NCBI RefSeq assembly: GCF_000002075.1
Contig: NW_004797311.1
Coordinates: 1,855,807-1,919,806 of the forward strand
Origin: Aplysia californica
Lineage: Eukaryota
Direction: 5' to 3'
DNA: 64,000 nucleotides
How positions within the stretch are numbered: the stretch's first letter is position 1; each line of letters starts with the position of its first letter. This document shows, in pieces, positions 25,036 through 39,814 of this stretch. The position numbers and the translations under genes are program-made. Under the pieces are notes generated by a model. It made no database searches, had not been told where the DNA came from, and saw only the letters and a list, made by a program, of their open reading frames with translations.

Positions 25036-25087
25036 AAAACAAAACAAAAGCGCTGTTGGTTTATATATGTATAGGACTTAGTTTATT
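25036..25087 (-). terminator. Putative distal polyadenylation signal of CCDC142
   Basis: AATAAA on - (TTTATT at 25082-25087), followed ~35 nt downstream by a GU-rich TTTTGTTTTGTTTTG. It sits where the T/G-rich minus-strand composition appears to end. Confidence 0.5.
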
Positions 25088-28000
25088 GCAAGGGTAATGG
25101 CTGTGTCAGGTACACAAAACAGAAGTAGCATACAACAATGGTTAAATACATGTATGTATCTAAAATAAACGGATACACACGTTGGGAAAAAAAGAGAAAT
25201 AAATCAGCTTAATTAAGTATGACCCTCGTATCTAAAGGTCTTTATCATATATATGCCCTATTGTATCTGTAGCCAAAAGATACATATTATATCTCATTAG
25301 GCCAATTCTTCAGACTTTCTTTTCCATCCATGACATTCACAGCACTACAAAAATAAACACATGAAGGCCTACGAGCCTACAGACATGTTGAAGAATTCTC
25401 CTCATAGATATTAATCAGAGGGAAATTAAAACCGGAACGAAACGATTCACTTATTAAAAATCAATACACTCCGAACTAATATAGATCTAGGCCTACCCAT
25501 CTTTGGGTTTACCAAAAGTCATTTTTTTTGCTGTGCAAAATCAATTTTACAATAAAATAGTGCAACAACTGCAAATTACTAATATTGAGAGCAGCAAATC
25601 AACACACAGTCCATAATAGCTGAAAATCTTTCTTAGTAACTGAATATACAGCCGATTTTTAAAAATGGTTTGCCTAAGCGTAATAAATTTAGGCAGAAAT
25701 TTTTTTGTTCTGTGTACAAAACTATTCAGTGTTCCTGTTCTCTTTATAAATCCTAATGTGGATGTAAAAAGAAGTCAATGAATGCTCTCAGCAGTAGGTG
25801 GAAAAAAAACAAACACTTGGAAAGTACTTACTTATCTAGAATCTAGAGTTAAAAATAGAGCAAATATTGTTTATTACCATCTTTCCAGGAAAAGGTAAGG
25901 TATAGCATAATGAAGATCCAGTTAAAAATGTTTTGACCAAAACAGAGCTTAAAGGCCAAAGTAGGTTATGTAAGGACAAAATATGTATTGAAAGTAGAAA
26001 CCATCTCCCTCTTAAAAAAAAAAAGAAAAGACGATGTCCTGTCTACAGATTATACGTCCAAAATTTGTATGCAAAATAATATCAAAATAAAGAAAACACA
26101 CACATCCCCTCATGCAAGTACACATAACAAAAAGAAAAGGTTCCGTTCATCCAAAACTAGTAAGGGTACCAAAGGAGAAATGAAAACAAAATAACATTCT
26201 TAGAACTCAACAGCACTCAACCTTGTCCTCCATCAAATCCTAGAACCAAAGAGAGAAGAAACCCAATCCCNNNNNNNNNNNNNNNNNNNNNNNNNNNNNN
26301 NNNNNNNNNNNNNNNNNNNNNNNNNNNNNNNNNNNNNNNNNNNNNNNNNNNNNNNNNNNNNNNNNNNNNNCCCCCATACCAAAGTGCAAACAACAGGCTG
26401 AAAATTTGGGTCAAAGAACTCGAAGCTAATTTGAATTCAAGATTACATTTATACCATGGATGAGAAAAAACACCTAACAGAAAGAAATGAAAAATGTTCA
26501 AAATAAAATGAAAACCATCACATCACAATACGAGACAACACACAATTTTGCTGGAGAGATAACACTGTGTGCGAAGAACAACAAGTGCTGGACTGGGACA
26601 AAAGTAGGGGGGGGGGGGGGAGAGGGGGAGTGAATTAGTGAACATCAACAAAAAGTGCTTTGTTAGAGTTAGAGTCAGATAAATAGAAAGTCTCTCATTC
26701 TACAGTCACCAAACAACATTGGCTAAGGAAAAAACCATTGGCAAACCTCGAGTGAATGTGTGAAAGGCAGGGTTGAAATGCTAGAATTGCAGATAAGACG
26801 GACAGGACGCACTACAGAAAATGGGAGAACAAATTTTTTATATTACAGCAGGAGAAGAAAGTGAGTCAGTGTGACCCTGATAATGGCCACACTCTACTAG
26901 GAACAGAAAAGGGACAACATACGCATATGAAAAGAAGTAGGAGCAGATCGCACTTCAGCACCCACCAAATATCTCTGCCTCTTAAAGATAAAAATAGAGA
27001 CCGACTCACCAAAAACAACTTAACATCTCTCAAACAAATCTGACAGAGGAAAAGAAAGAAACCCACGAGTGAGTTTATAGAAAAGGTTGTGAAGAAAAGG
27101 GGAACATAATGAGAACAGACAGACCAGGAAAGATCCATATTGAGAGGAGATCAGATCTATGAAAAGTCATTGTTATACATAGAACAGAGATACACGGTGT
27201 CCAACAAGAAACTACATGTAATCAGAGACTCAAAGAATTTTACCCTCACAAGACTTGCATTTTGGCACACATTGCAGATTGTCACAAAAAAGGCTCACAA
27301 AAATAGGGATACAATACATTTATCCTCTTGTTCACATACATGTATTCCTTGACGTATTTCATATATGACAAACTCTCCGCAACACACTTAAGTTCTATCA
27401 CAGTGTTGCGATGTATGGAACAGAAAATTCATTTCAGTAAAAATTTAATGTAGTTGACTACTTGCATTCCAGAGCCTTGCAATAAACATTGCACTGGAAA
27501 AACAAATTGGACGGGGGAAATACTCAAGAGGAGCTATCACGTTTACAAAATGACCACACTACTTCAAACAACGGTTTTTACATGGTTTTTGAAATCATGC
27601 ATCCATGCAAGTACACATTTTCTCCACTGAAAAAGATGTCGAGTGAGTAAAATAAAAAGAAGACAATTATTCAATAAAACAAAAAGAACTGACCATAAAC
27701 AGGAACAGATGATTTTACAGCTCCTTCTTTTGGGCTACTGGGTATAATTAACACACGTATAAAGCTATTTATTGTTCAATTCTACAAAACAAATTTTTCG
27801 AAAGTTCCTTGAGCACACTTGAGAAATAAAAAAAATCTATCTGAAAAATTAAATCTGTGAATTTTGGTACACACAAATTGACATTGACTATATCTGGAGA
27901 TTATTAAACCCAATTTAAGTTATCAAGAGGTACCTTTTTAAAATAAACATGTGTGCTTCAGATGGTCTTCAAGGTCCCCTTTTTTTACTCAAGTTTTGAT

Positions 28001-30194
28001 ACAAGATGGGATCATAGTGTCTCAATAGCAGTCCATTACCAACAGAATGATGTCTTTATTTAGCTTTAAAATGTGCCAATTAATCATCCAATGCTTTTTA
28101 GCTCACGTAACTTGAGTAAAATTACTTTAGCATATCAGTAGTCTGACACTGCCTTTCACAGCCTTGAATTGCAACGAAAAGAAATTGTGTACCCTTCTAA
28201 CTGAAAATCTTAGCAGTCTGATACCCCACCTCAGCATGACAATTGGAATGAACAAAATTAAATGCAAATCAAACCTATGAGCTGACTATATCTGAGTTGC
28301 AAAGAAGAGTACTGATGCCAGAATACCAACATGGTGCTTGGACACAACAAGGTGACAGGCAGGATCAAAGGGAAACAGGAACAAGTAAGGCTGGCCAGAT
28401 GTGCTCAACAACTGTCTGTATTTAAGCTCACTAAAATTACTTATCCGTAAATGTACGAAATAGGGAGAATCCTGGTAGTACATGAGAGTAGAAATGTCAG
28501 TTCACTTTTCCCAATTACCAACTGTGAAAGTGAAAAATATTGAAAAAATCTACATGGTTTCACAGTACAAGAAATGAAATTGAAAAAAAAAAAAATAATA
28601 GAGTAGAAATGAAAATGGTACAGCTGAATAAGAGGTATCACATGCCATAAAATCAGTATTGTGATATACGAAAACAAAACTGCATCTCACACAATACCCT
28701 CCCTAAAAAAAAATAATTTAAAAAACAGCAACAAAACATAACACCCTGTATTGTGCACTCATTACAGAAAAAAAGTACAAAACCAACCGCCCATAAAGAT
28801 ATTATCTTTGATAAAATACTGAGTATAGAGGGGTCTAACGAGTTCAATGCACACATTCATAAACACAAAACCCATGCATTGTGGAGCATTTCAGGAAAAT
28901 GGTGATGTCCGATTAATGGCAGCGTAATCAATAGCAATAAATTAGTATTTAGTGCAATGGCTAAACTTGTAGTGCTTCATCACCAGCATATTTTGTTTTG
29001 TTTTTTTCTAAGGCTTTCACAACAATATATTTCATATAAAATCGATGCTGGTAAATGCTTCAAGACTGTCACGATATGGTCAACTGATCAGGATAGGTAA
29101 TCCTAGAGACTAGTTGTACACTGTGCAAACATGTTAACACAAGGTAAATGGCATTTCCAAGGTTTCATAAAGAGATATTTGGCTCCCTGTACAATACGAT
29201 CTGGTACAAATTAACAACAGCCCAAGACTGTGTCTGATAAATCTGAAAGTTTTCTTTGGTATGCATTTCAATGTGGTAAGTAAAAGGACAATATTTGAAT
29301 TCAAATTCCTATTGGAGTTCAACTTTCCTGAAAGCATAACAGACAAATGAGGGAAAAACTCTTCTCCACATACAGATTTTAAACTTTCAATGAGATTAAT
29401 TCATGCTCCTAAGATTTAAAAAAAGGCAACATAGCAATTATATTTACTCTGTCTTTAGGCCTATGTCTTCAGTACCAAATTAGAATCCATTGTGGTAGTT
29501 CATTCCATTCTCTATTCTGTACATGGCCTTTAGACTCACAAACATTAGTCTGACCTAATTCTGAGGGACACTGTAGACCATAAAACTTCACACAAAACAT
29601 CTTGTCAAAGAGGGAAAATCTTGGGGTAGGGCAGAGGGGAAGAACCCAAAGCATATTCCACATTTCTATCCTACATCACGCAAAAGTCCAGATAATAAAC
29701 ATTGTTATCATACTGTGGCACATAGAATGAATTTCAGTAAAACAATAAAGCATTTTTTTACAGGACTAGTGGTAATGTATCACATATGAGCACGAGCATG
29801 AAACCATGAATGGAAAATAATATTATTACAAAATGTGAAAATAAAAATATTATGGATCAGTAGAAAGTATGTTTCTGATTTTGAGACTTTTAAAACAAAG
29901 AAATAAGAAAGGAGAGGCCAATAACGTGGAAAAACAATATCAATAATACTTTTTAAAAAACCTTTAAGGAACAACAAAAACAACTTGAAAAAGGTGCAGG
30001 CAACTGTAAGTAGAGACCAAGTATGTATAAATCATTTGGTTGTGATGTGACACTGTGATTAAGTCCTGCAAATATTTCATACAGGCAGTCTGCAATGGTA
30101 ATCCCACCAGTGGCTATTACCCCGATGTCTCCACGTGGCTGGTGGCACCGGCCAGTGAGGAGGTCACGTTTTGCCAAGTGGCCTGTGTCACCGG
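25060..30194 (-). other. CCDC142: Putative terminal 3'-UTR exon of CCDC142 (~5.1 kb)
   Basis: Acceptor ATTCTTGTCAG| at 30195. A matching donor AGC|GTGAGT at 37988 lies 12 nt after the stop codon. The region is U-rich on - and lacks recognisable TE remnants. No transcript evidence is available. Confidence 0.45.
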
Positions 30195-31944
30195 CTGACA
30201 AGAATGCGATAGTTAACTTTCAAATAAATACAGAGAATGACAAGGTACATTCATAGTACAACTAGTATTCTACAAACAAATGTTATGGTTTTATGGAGGA
30301 TCAGTTAGTTTGTTCATAGTTTGAATGGAAATATCCGCTAATGCATCACCAATGTACTGTTTGCCTATGTTCATCACACACACAGTGGGCCTACATACTG
30401 TATATATGGCCTAGTGAAGCAAGAATACTGAATCTACATATGTCGTGTGACCTCTCGTCAATGATGGGTGTGTTTTGCTTTGTACTCGCACGGCGATTTG
30501 AATTCAAGACAACTCTATGGAAAACTTTGATGTTTTTTTGTTTTTTTCAAGACAAGCTCTTTGACTCATGTATGAGTGTTTGAGAAAACAGTTTTGACAA
30601 TAGGAAGAAAATAAATCTGTTCAACTGCAAAATTGCAAATTGTAGGAACTATCTGTGATTTACATAAATTCAAATTAAAAATTTCTGTCGGATCAGAAGC
30701 TTTGAAAGTTTGTCCAGTGGATTTTAAAGTTTCATTCCAAACTAACAAACCCCCCCCCCCCCACCCCCAACATATATTGGTCAAAGCCTTAGGAAAAAAA
30801 AGCATTTTCAAGCATCAAAGCCATGGAGATTCACATAGCAAGCTTAATTTGAAGCTGATTTATGAAGTTATGTTTTATTTTGCTAGTAGGCCTACACTGT
30901 TTTCCAAAACACAACAGAATGCATAGGCCTATTGTATTGTTTGCTTGCGTTATACCACTCAATTGTAGATCTATCTGTATAATTTTTTGTTTTCATGTGA
31001 AACAGATATGTGTTTTTGTTTTCTCTTATTTATATCATTTGTGAAAATCCCATCTTCATCTTCTGCCCTTTTGGTTAGTGGATTCTATTAAAGTGCGGTG
31101 GTCTGGAAAAACTAAGTGGAAAATGCACAGTCATGATTACATCCCCAAAAACATATAATACAGTTTTTTAAAAATTGAATTTAAACACTTAAATTCAATC
31201 TCATATCTTTCATCCATTTTTCAGTTGTAAAATTGTTCTAACAAGGCCACCTGATGAAGCTAATGGAGTTTCTTAAGTTTTTATTTGAGATAGACTAGAT
31301 TCATGACCAGAGCAGAGACCAAAAAATTAGTTTAATTGACTAAAAAAAATAGGAAACTGCTCATGAAAACAAAATTCTGCGGGTGAGTCCGTGTTAGATT
31401 TCTGCTCAAATGACAAACAAATAAATTGACATGTTTTGACATGTTTGTGGGCAAACATCAATGCATACGAACTAATTTTTAAAAACGGTTCTTCTACTCG
31501 GTGCAGCATGACCCTACCCATAATGGCAAAGTGCCCCACGACAGGTGCCCTTATTTTAATTTTTCTATTGAAATTATGGAAATTTTATTTCCTTTTCTGT
31601 AGGTTAAATCCGTCAAGGTTTCTGAAATGTTCGGGCTTGCAAGGCCAAGTAAAAATGTTTTATTCCATAATGCTCTCATGCTCCAAAATAAGCCCACTGC
31701 AGCAGCAAAAAAAAGAGGTCATTTTGAAGGACTCTAAATATGACGTCTTTCCAAACAACAATCACGGATGACTGATTCTTTTGTGCATGACATTTGCCCT
31801 GAACTGTTTTTTTTTGTCAGCAGACCCCCCCCCATGAGTGTTTCTCTACAAGGTGTAATACGATAACACAACTTGTCAAGCAACATTTTCTAAAGCCATT
31901 ATAATCAGTTTATTAGAGTTGTATATGTGTGTGAAACAGAGGAT

Positions 31945-31983
<39 letters not shown>

Positions 31984-34115
31984 GGTTTGTGTGTGCGGGT
32001 GTGTGTGTGAGGTGAAACACTAGAACGATGTGCCAGTGTTTTGATAATAAATGTGATAACCTATGATCCAACTACATATTCATTTCCTGTAGAATTGATG
32101 TGCAAACCTTTGTAATATAGTCGAATAACCCTTCGCCATTAAAAAAAATACACGTTGGTGTGACGACAGAGGAAAAAGGAGTGAGTCTTTCTTGGAAAAG
32201 GTTTTTTTTCTGATTGACCTCAATCAAATGAAGAGAATAGCTTGAGAGCCGTCCAGTCGAAGGGAGGAAGATGGAATGTGAGCATTGTGTGGTGACACCT
32301 ATTGTGGCTTGTGCAATGAGGTTGAGCTTAGAGATACTGGACTGAAGTATGATAAAAGTCTACGGGTGAGGGCTGGAGCAGGAATGGTACTGTGCGCTGT
32401 CAAACACAGCCTCCAGACAAAGTCTTCAATTTTAGTACATGTGATTTAGAAACGTGAGGACAGGACTTAAAAAAGTAGGACCATCATGCAATGCACAATT
32501 GCAGTGGGAATGAAAGGAGAATAAGAAATCAGCAGAGAATACACAGAAGTAACCCTCAACGTTGCTCATGGTAAAGGTCTGGGCGACAGACCTGGAGACA
32601 ATGAAAAGGGTCATTCCGAACAACTGGGGTTTCAAAATCACAGATGTCAAACAAACACAGATCAATATCTCAACATAAGTTTCGGGAAATGGGTTACCAA
32701 TAATCTCACATTACGGTAAGAAATGAGTCAAAACTAAGCAAAGGTGTTGAAACCAAAGGATACTACAATTTTGATGTGAACAGAGCAGCATGGCAAATGA
32801 AAATCAAATGGAAAACCAGCATCCATTTCTTTCCAAGGGAGGATTGCTATTCTTGTTTGTGTACTTCTTGGTTGTCATTTATACACCCCACTTTATGCTT
32901 GGACTTTACTACTGAACAAGCATCCCTTTAGCTAATGTGTAAAACAGGGCGTATATAAGCCCACAGCAATACCTACTATTTACTGAATAAAAACACTTGT
33001 CATAGTACAGGCATAGAGAGTTCCAACACATAAGGGACTCCCTGATTCTCCTTGACTTAGATTGGACGGTGACTTTAACCTGGATAGAGGAGCACATAGC
33101 TTTTGTTCTACTTTCCTGAGCTCCTGGTTAGTAAACAACATCTTGTTTACAACTTCATTATAGTTTTGTTCCTATGAATACCATTGTATCCTGGTCTTAG
33201 CACAATGGAAAACATCTTAAATCATAGTAAAGCCCTATCAAGAATTTAACATGTTTCTTTGTTCTTCTTGATTAAGTTGAAAATAGCTACTGGAAAGGGC
33301 ACTGAATCAAAACAAAAGTGAATAAATAGACAGAATATTCTGCCAAGCTGCAAACATAAAATAAGCCTTAGCTGTGTTCTCAGTTTTAGTAGGGTTGTAA
33401 GAAATTAATACAAAATAGAACGTTTAAGAATTGTTAAAATGTGTTTGGTAAATACAATCAATGTAAACTATTAATTGCATTTAAAGGAGAGATAAAAGTA
33501 ATGACAAATGACTCTTATGGCAAAATTATTATGCCATTTGTGCATACATACACACAAGTAGTGAGGAAGTCTCAGAGTATACCAAAAACAAAATTGGTGT
33601 CATTGTAATCAAATCCACTGATATTCATCATAATATAAAGAAACGTGCACTCATAACTACATTGTTATTGAAAAATTCAGGAATTGTGAAACATACATTT
33701 CATAGACATATGTGTGGTATCGTGGTGAAATCAGGCGCTTATTAAAATAATGAAATCAAAAGTAACCAACGTTTTCGTACCCAATTGGTAATTTTTATAA
33801 TGGTTTAAAAAAATGTCCATTCAAAAACACAATTCTATCTGGATTTTATTTTTAAAAATACGACCGTTGTTTATTGGTACAAAAAAAAGATCTAAATTTG
33901 CAGTTTCCAGACATTAAGGCTTTGTAAGTCACTAAACTTTCCTAGCCATTTTCTTGCTAATTTTAGCTCTGAAACCAGAGACCCCCACCTGCTTCAATAC
34001 AAAATATCTTGACTTCTGTTCAAGATATAAGGGTATATTTACCAAAAAAACTGACAAGCGCCTGATTCCACCATGTTGTAACACATATGTACCTATGATC
34101 GCATGTAGGTGCATG

Positions 34116-34928
34116 CAGGGTGTCTAAAACGAAAAGGAACCATTTAAAGGGCAATAACTCAGTCATCTTTGCACCAATTTCAACCAAATTTGAGCAAATA
34201 ATATTTAACCAAGAAGGTGGCGAATTTAGCAAAATTAAGAAAATCAACTTTCGTGTTAAAGACATATCAAGTTAAATTAAAAAAAAAAAAAAAGATTTGA
34301 GTGACATGCAAAACTTAACAACTTCTTAAAAATCAAACGTTAACATGTATTTGTGCATTAAAGAAATGGTTTATTTGAAACTGACATTGCCAAATAAACT
34401 CAGGGAAAGTGACGGTTATTTAAATTTAATGCTTTAAGTGCTGACCATTCCTCTCCAGACAAGCTAAAATACAGTGGTGTCTGCCTAACAACAGCAACAT
34501 CCCAGGGAAGCAAGCCTTGGTCGATCTAAGATGGAGGTTTGTGTTCACTGAATTTTCTAAAGGGGCTAATCTGCACCCACCTCACCCATTCCCCCCCCCC
34601 CCCCCCTCTCTCTCTCTCTTACACACACACTCACAAACACATACTCATATACACGTTTGAACACACACGCTCTTGTGCACAAGTCATAGTGCAAGGTGTG
34701 GGTATGTTGTTACATTGGCAAATGAGAATATAGGCAATGTATCAGCTGGGGTTCCACCACATCTTGTCTTTTCGAGTGAACTTTTCAAGTTGAATTTTTT
34801 TCATATTCACAATTTTGAGGTCCTCTTGGTTGAATTTCTTTATATTTGTTTCAAATGTTGATGAAATTGGTGCAAAGATAACAGAATTATTGGGTCCTCT
34901 GGTCCTCTTTGTTTTTTTAGACACCTGG
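34116..34928. mobile_element. Tc1/mariner-like non-autonomous element with long (~110 bp) TIRs
   Basis: CAGGGTGTCTAAAACGAAAAGGAACC...ATCTTTGCACCAATTTCAACCAAATTTGAGCAAATA at the left end is mirrored by TATTTGTTTCAAATGTTGATGAAATTGGTGCAAAGAT...TTTTAGACACCTGG|TA at the right end. Confidence 0.7.
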
Positions 34929-37900
34929 TATGTATGTCTGAATATATGTTTGTNNNNNNNNNNNNNNNNNNNNNNNNNNNNNNNNNNNNNNNNNNNNNNN
35001 NNNNNNNNNNNNNNNNNNNNNNNNNNNNNNNNNNNNNNNNNNNNNNNNNNNNNNNNNNNNNNNNNNNNNNNNNNNNNNNNNNNNNNNNNNNNTACACACA
35101 CGCACATAGACACATTCTTTTGACAGTGGTATCATGTAAATATGAAAGTTCAAGGAGGTGCCAAATTCTCTAAAAAGTGCTGGGAAGCTCTCTTTCATTT
35201 ACGAGTATTCTAGCATTCAAAGTATTATGATAAATACATTAAATAATATTAGACTGCATAAAGCAGAGTAACAACAGTCAATAAAGAACATGTGCAGTTC
35301 GAAGAACATACATATCGACCTCAACAGGCTTTAGACATTCAATAAAAAAATATATCTCATAATAAAACCTATGTGAGAAAAACATTGAGTTAACTGGTTT
35401 CTAATTACTCTTACCCCTAATACTAAGGGAGCCAAAAGCGACAGCTTCAGTCGCAACAGTAAATAAAATTTTCAACAAGCATACTCATATATTCATATCT
35501 ATTTGAACCAACACTGACTCCTGATCAACACTGAAAGCAAAAATGTCAAAATCCATACCACTCTGTCATGAAAAGTAAAAGAAAGCAAATAATAAGTTAT
35601 AACCATTACAAAGAAAAGTACCTGGCATTGTAAGCGATGTAAACTTAAAAATTGCTGCTTGTTTTAAAAAAATCATTTCACAATCAGAATAAGATGCAGT
35701 GTCAGTCTTAATCAGTATCTCTAGATCAGAGAAAAGAGGAAACCTTTGCCAGCCTCTCAGCCATTTTAACGGAAACAGAGCTTCATATATTTCACACAGA
35801 AAATACATAATTTAAGAGGAGACACGGCTTTCCATTCACGTAAGAGAGGTTGAGTTGGTGGTAAAATACATGTGTCAATCATCTGTAAACAGAAAAATAT
35901 ATCCTGAACACATTGGTCCAAGTCCCAAACCTACCAATGAAAAAAAAAGAAAAGCAGGAAAAATAAAGGGTTGAAATAGGTTGAAAGGGCAAAGGGTTGT
36001 TATTTTCTGAACACTGATACAAAATTTTCCCTTGCCAATGTATTCAATACTGATATTTGCAACCTAAAAACGCTACAAGCCATAAAAAACGTGTTTTTTT
36101 CGATTTTCTCAAATTGAAAAAGTTTTAGAGGGTGGGGTCACCATAATAGTTTTTCAAATACTTTTTTTTCATTTCTTTAAAACTTTGCAAGCCCCTTATT
36201 ACAGGCTTGGTGTTCATAATGTGATAAAGATTTGTCTAGAGAATAAAAATTGTGCTTGTGAGCGGTTTTTATCAAGAATACTTTTTAAAAAATGGAACAG
36301 GATATTTCGTGGTAATAAATTTTTCAACTCATGTACCTGACAAAACTTAAGTAACTAAAATGATTAAAAATCCATACGTGGTTGGCTAGTATACGTTGTT
36401 AGGAATACTCACAGCAATTTTGCATGATATTATGCTAACGGTTAAAGCAATTTGATAAACATGATCATTATCTTATTTTGCAGGTCTCAGACCTCAGTTG
36501 CCCCTGTGCAGCAACCAAATGGGATTGAAGTTTTGAAGAATCTATAAGGCTATCTTAGAAGTGTCAACTATCCATTAAAGAGACCTGTTGTCTCAGAAGT
36601 GTCTCTCCTTAAGAATAAAATTAACAACTAAAAACATTCTTTTGAAAACTTGTAAACTGAATGTACAAATAAATGAGATCAAATAAAATATAAAGAAGTA
36701 CAACGTTTATACCGATCAGATCCAATTTAAGAGAGTCAGCAATCACAAATGTAATAAAATCAACACTTGTCAAAAAATTTCAAAGCAAGCTAAAACAACA
36801 GATCAGCAATTGGAAACTGCATTAACTGCAGTAAGGGGTTGCTAATGGAGGGAAAAGAAAAAATTACAACAACACCCTCCCCCCCACTCTCACCAAAACC
36901 CCCAAACATGACATAGGTAATAAATATTAAAATATTAGTATCATCACTACAGGGAGATATGGTATAAGATGGTATTGTGATGGAATCCGTGATTCCAGCA
37001 CAGAGGTTCCAACAGTGCATATAATTGGAATTACAAAATGCAACTAATCACAGCCTTATCAGTTTGCTCAGTGTAAGAGTAAGCTAATCCCACACAAAGG
37101 CCCATCTGGTGATTCACAGATATTGGTACAGGACTCGCAAGACAACAAGGGAGTATACACGCATACATGCAAGGCTAAAACCAAACCACTCGATAATTCC
37201 TAACCAGTTACAATATTCAGGGGCACTACGGTTAAAAGAGGATAATTTGCCTGTGTCAACATCATACTTCAATCAAAGACAAAAAGTCAAGTGAATATGC
37301 GTAATTTTTGACAGACACGTAAATTCCAGGAAATTCAATTATTGCTCATCACACCACTAACAATAAGCATGGATTTTAGTCACCTGTTTGAATCCAGGTA
37401 TGAAAACAGAAAAGGAATTCATTATCAGTTCAGATCCATAACAACTTACTGACAAGTCATAGACTTGGGGATTTATTAAGATGAAAGTAAATTAAATATC
37501 TGTGTAGTGTAACACATTTTTTGTTCTTTGCCACATTTGTTCAATTAACACATTTAGACTAGAATATGAGGAGTTTCGGACACAAGAGGAAAATTGTTCC
37601 ATCAGCCCCCCCCTCCCTCATAAGAAAAAAAAAATCTGTAAAGACTGTCCTCTGTTGCCTGAAAAACCTACGATACATTTATATTCAAGGACAAAGAAGA
37701 TGCATTCCTTTGCCCCTCATACCATACCTCATCACACTCCTCTTTTGGAGCAATAGGCTGAGGACCAACATCCCAAGCTATCTTCTCTCCCATGTGCACG
37801 CGTTATTTGGCCCAAAAGAAGACAGATTTTCAGCACCTTGGAGAATTCTCCACTAATGTCCGAAACACCTCACAAATACATAAATAGTGCAGAATGAATG

Positions 37901-38000
37901 TATGCTCAGTATTTTTTATCATTTTAACTGAACATAAACATTAAAAAAATAGTGCAGATCACATAGTCTACTTTTTTCTTCAACTCACGCTACCCAACAA

Positions 38001-38275
38001 TCATTCATCACTGGAACTTCTGGAAAAACAAGCCGGAAACTTCCACTGCTTCGATCCACCGATGGCCCTCAGGGCCAGCCACTCCTGCATGTTGGGTACC
38101 GTGGCCACATCTATCTCTTCCTCCTGTGACAGCTGAGGGTGGTTCAGCGCTCGCTGCGACTTGTGGGCCCCATTGCCCAATGTTATTGCACTTGTCGTTG
38201 CCACAGAGGGGCTGGTGGTTGAGTTGATTGTAGAGCCAGGCTCTGGCGAGGGGACAGAGGCAGCAGTGTCACACA
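38001..38275 (-). CDS. CCDC142: CCDC142 coding exon 12 (...QEWLALRAIGGSKQWKFPACFSRSSSDE*)
   Basis: Long polypyrimidine tract and CTCTCAG| acceptor; phase 1; TGA stop at 38003-38001. Confidence 0.85.
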
Positions 38276-39623
38276 CTGAGAGGGGCAAGGAGAGGGGAAA
38301 AAATGGGGAGCGGGGAGGGGGAGGGGAATGGAGAAGAAGGAACACAGGGTGGGGAGAATTGGAATACAGAAAGGGGGGAAGGGGGAATGGAAAAGCAATA
38401 ACTCAATCATGCAAAATGAAAAACTGAAAAAAACAAACAAAGGATGCAGGCTTGAAAACAAATGATAGACATTATTACTCGATTTAATGGGTTACAAAAA
38501 ACATCCAGGTAGTCAAATGGAGGAAATCTGTGGTAGGCATTAAGTAACATTTCCTCCGAGTTCCTAGTATTTTAAACAATAAAGCATGGAGAGTGGATGC
38601 TTTCATTTTCAACAAGCAGTTAAACTGATAGGATATGACATGCTGAGCAATTAATGAGGAACAAAGGAAGCTGGAAGTTCAGTGATACAGGCAAAAGGTT
38701 CATTACAAAAATGTGTAGAAAAAAAAAAGGTGGGCAATATTTACCAGAGAACAGAAAGAGTATCATAGACAAATACTTTTATATAGCAATTTACAAGATA
38801 CAATAAATACAAAGGAAGCACTTCTGAAGGAAAAAGAAAATAAAAAAGGTAGGAGGAAGAGGTAAGAGGACACAAGCACGGTTTGCTCGTGAAAACACTG
38901 TGACGGGTCTTGAGAAACACTGGGATGAGCATAGTACAAATGAACTTCAATATCATTGTTATCTAAAAAAAAGTATTGTTCAGGGAAGTCAAACACTCTT
39001 ACAGGTACAGTGTAGGTTATTGTGAAAAGTGGAATTATTCTCGATACAACCAGAATTTATTTTTTAAACCAGACTCTACTTGGAAATTTAAGCCTCTGCA
39101 TTAGACAGATAATAACATAATTAGCAACCAAAATGTTGCCAGAGATAGTCCGAGATAAGTGGGGTCACTTTTCTTGCAAAATTTCTTCTCCGTGCCCCTA
39201 TCGCCTGACAAAGATGACCCACTTCTTTGCCTTAGAACAGCAATCAGTCTCAGTGGTGACAAAAGAAAAGTACAGGGAAAAAAGTTTTTTAAAACTGATC
39301 AACCTTTTCATGAAAGAAGAAAGTCTTCAAGGTAGGAAAATTACGAGGAAAAGGACGTATTTTTGTATACACAAATTCCCATATTCTTTGTTTTTCTCAA
39401 AAAAGTTTTTAAAGATGCTTCAGCTTCTTACTATCATGCCAAGTTGTTGTTGTTTTTTTTTTGTATCCCAGTACTTAGTACCCTGCTATGTGTTCTTTGT
39501 AATGTATGCCTGTGGTCTACAAAATAAAAAAATATTTACAGGAGCTAAAGTTTCATTTTGTTTCATGGTACAACTGAATTTACAAAATGAAAAAAAAAGA
39601 TTTGAATACAAACTACAACTTAC

Positions 39624-39814
39624 TTATAGAGTCCATCAATTTGACCGGCTGTTTCTGTGAGGGCTGTCGCTTGAGTAAGATGACGATGCCCCTCATCTGT
39701 TGGAAGATGGCTAGGTCTGTGATGCTCTGCCTCACCTCCTCGTTCTCCAGCATGGCCCCCAGCTTGGTGTGTACATGGCTGAAGTCAATGCCTAGCTGAA
39801 CAGCACCCCATAAG
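39624..39814 (-). CDS. CCDC142: CCDC142 coding exon 11 (SLWGAVQLGIDF...KRQPSQKQPVKLMDSI)
   Basis: TTCCAG| acceptor and A|GTAAGT donor; phase 2 to 1. Confidence 0.88.

Noticed and set aside
39133-39660. 175-aa + strand ORF
   Set aside because: AT-rich intronic or TE-like sequence antisense to CCDC142, with no recognisable motifs.
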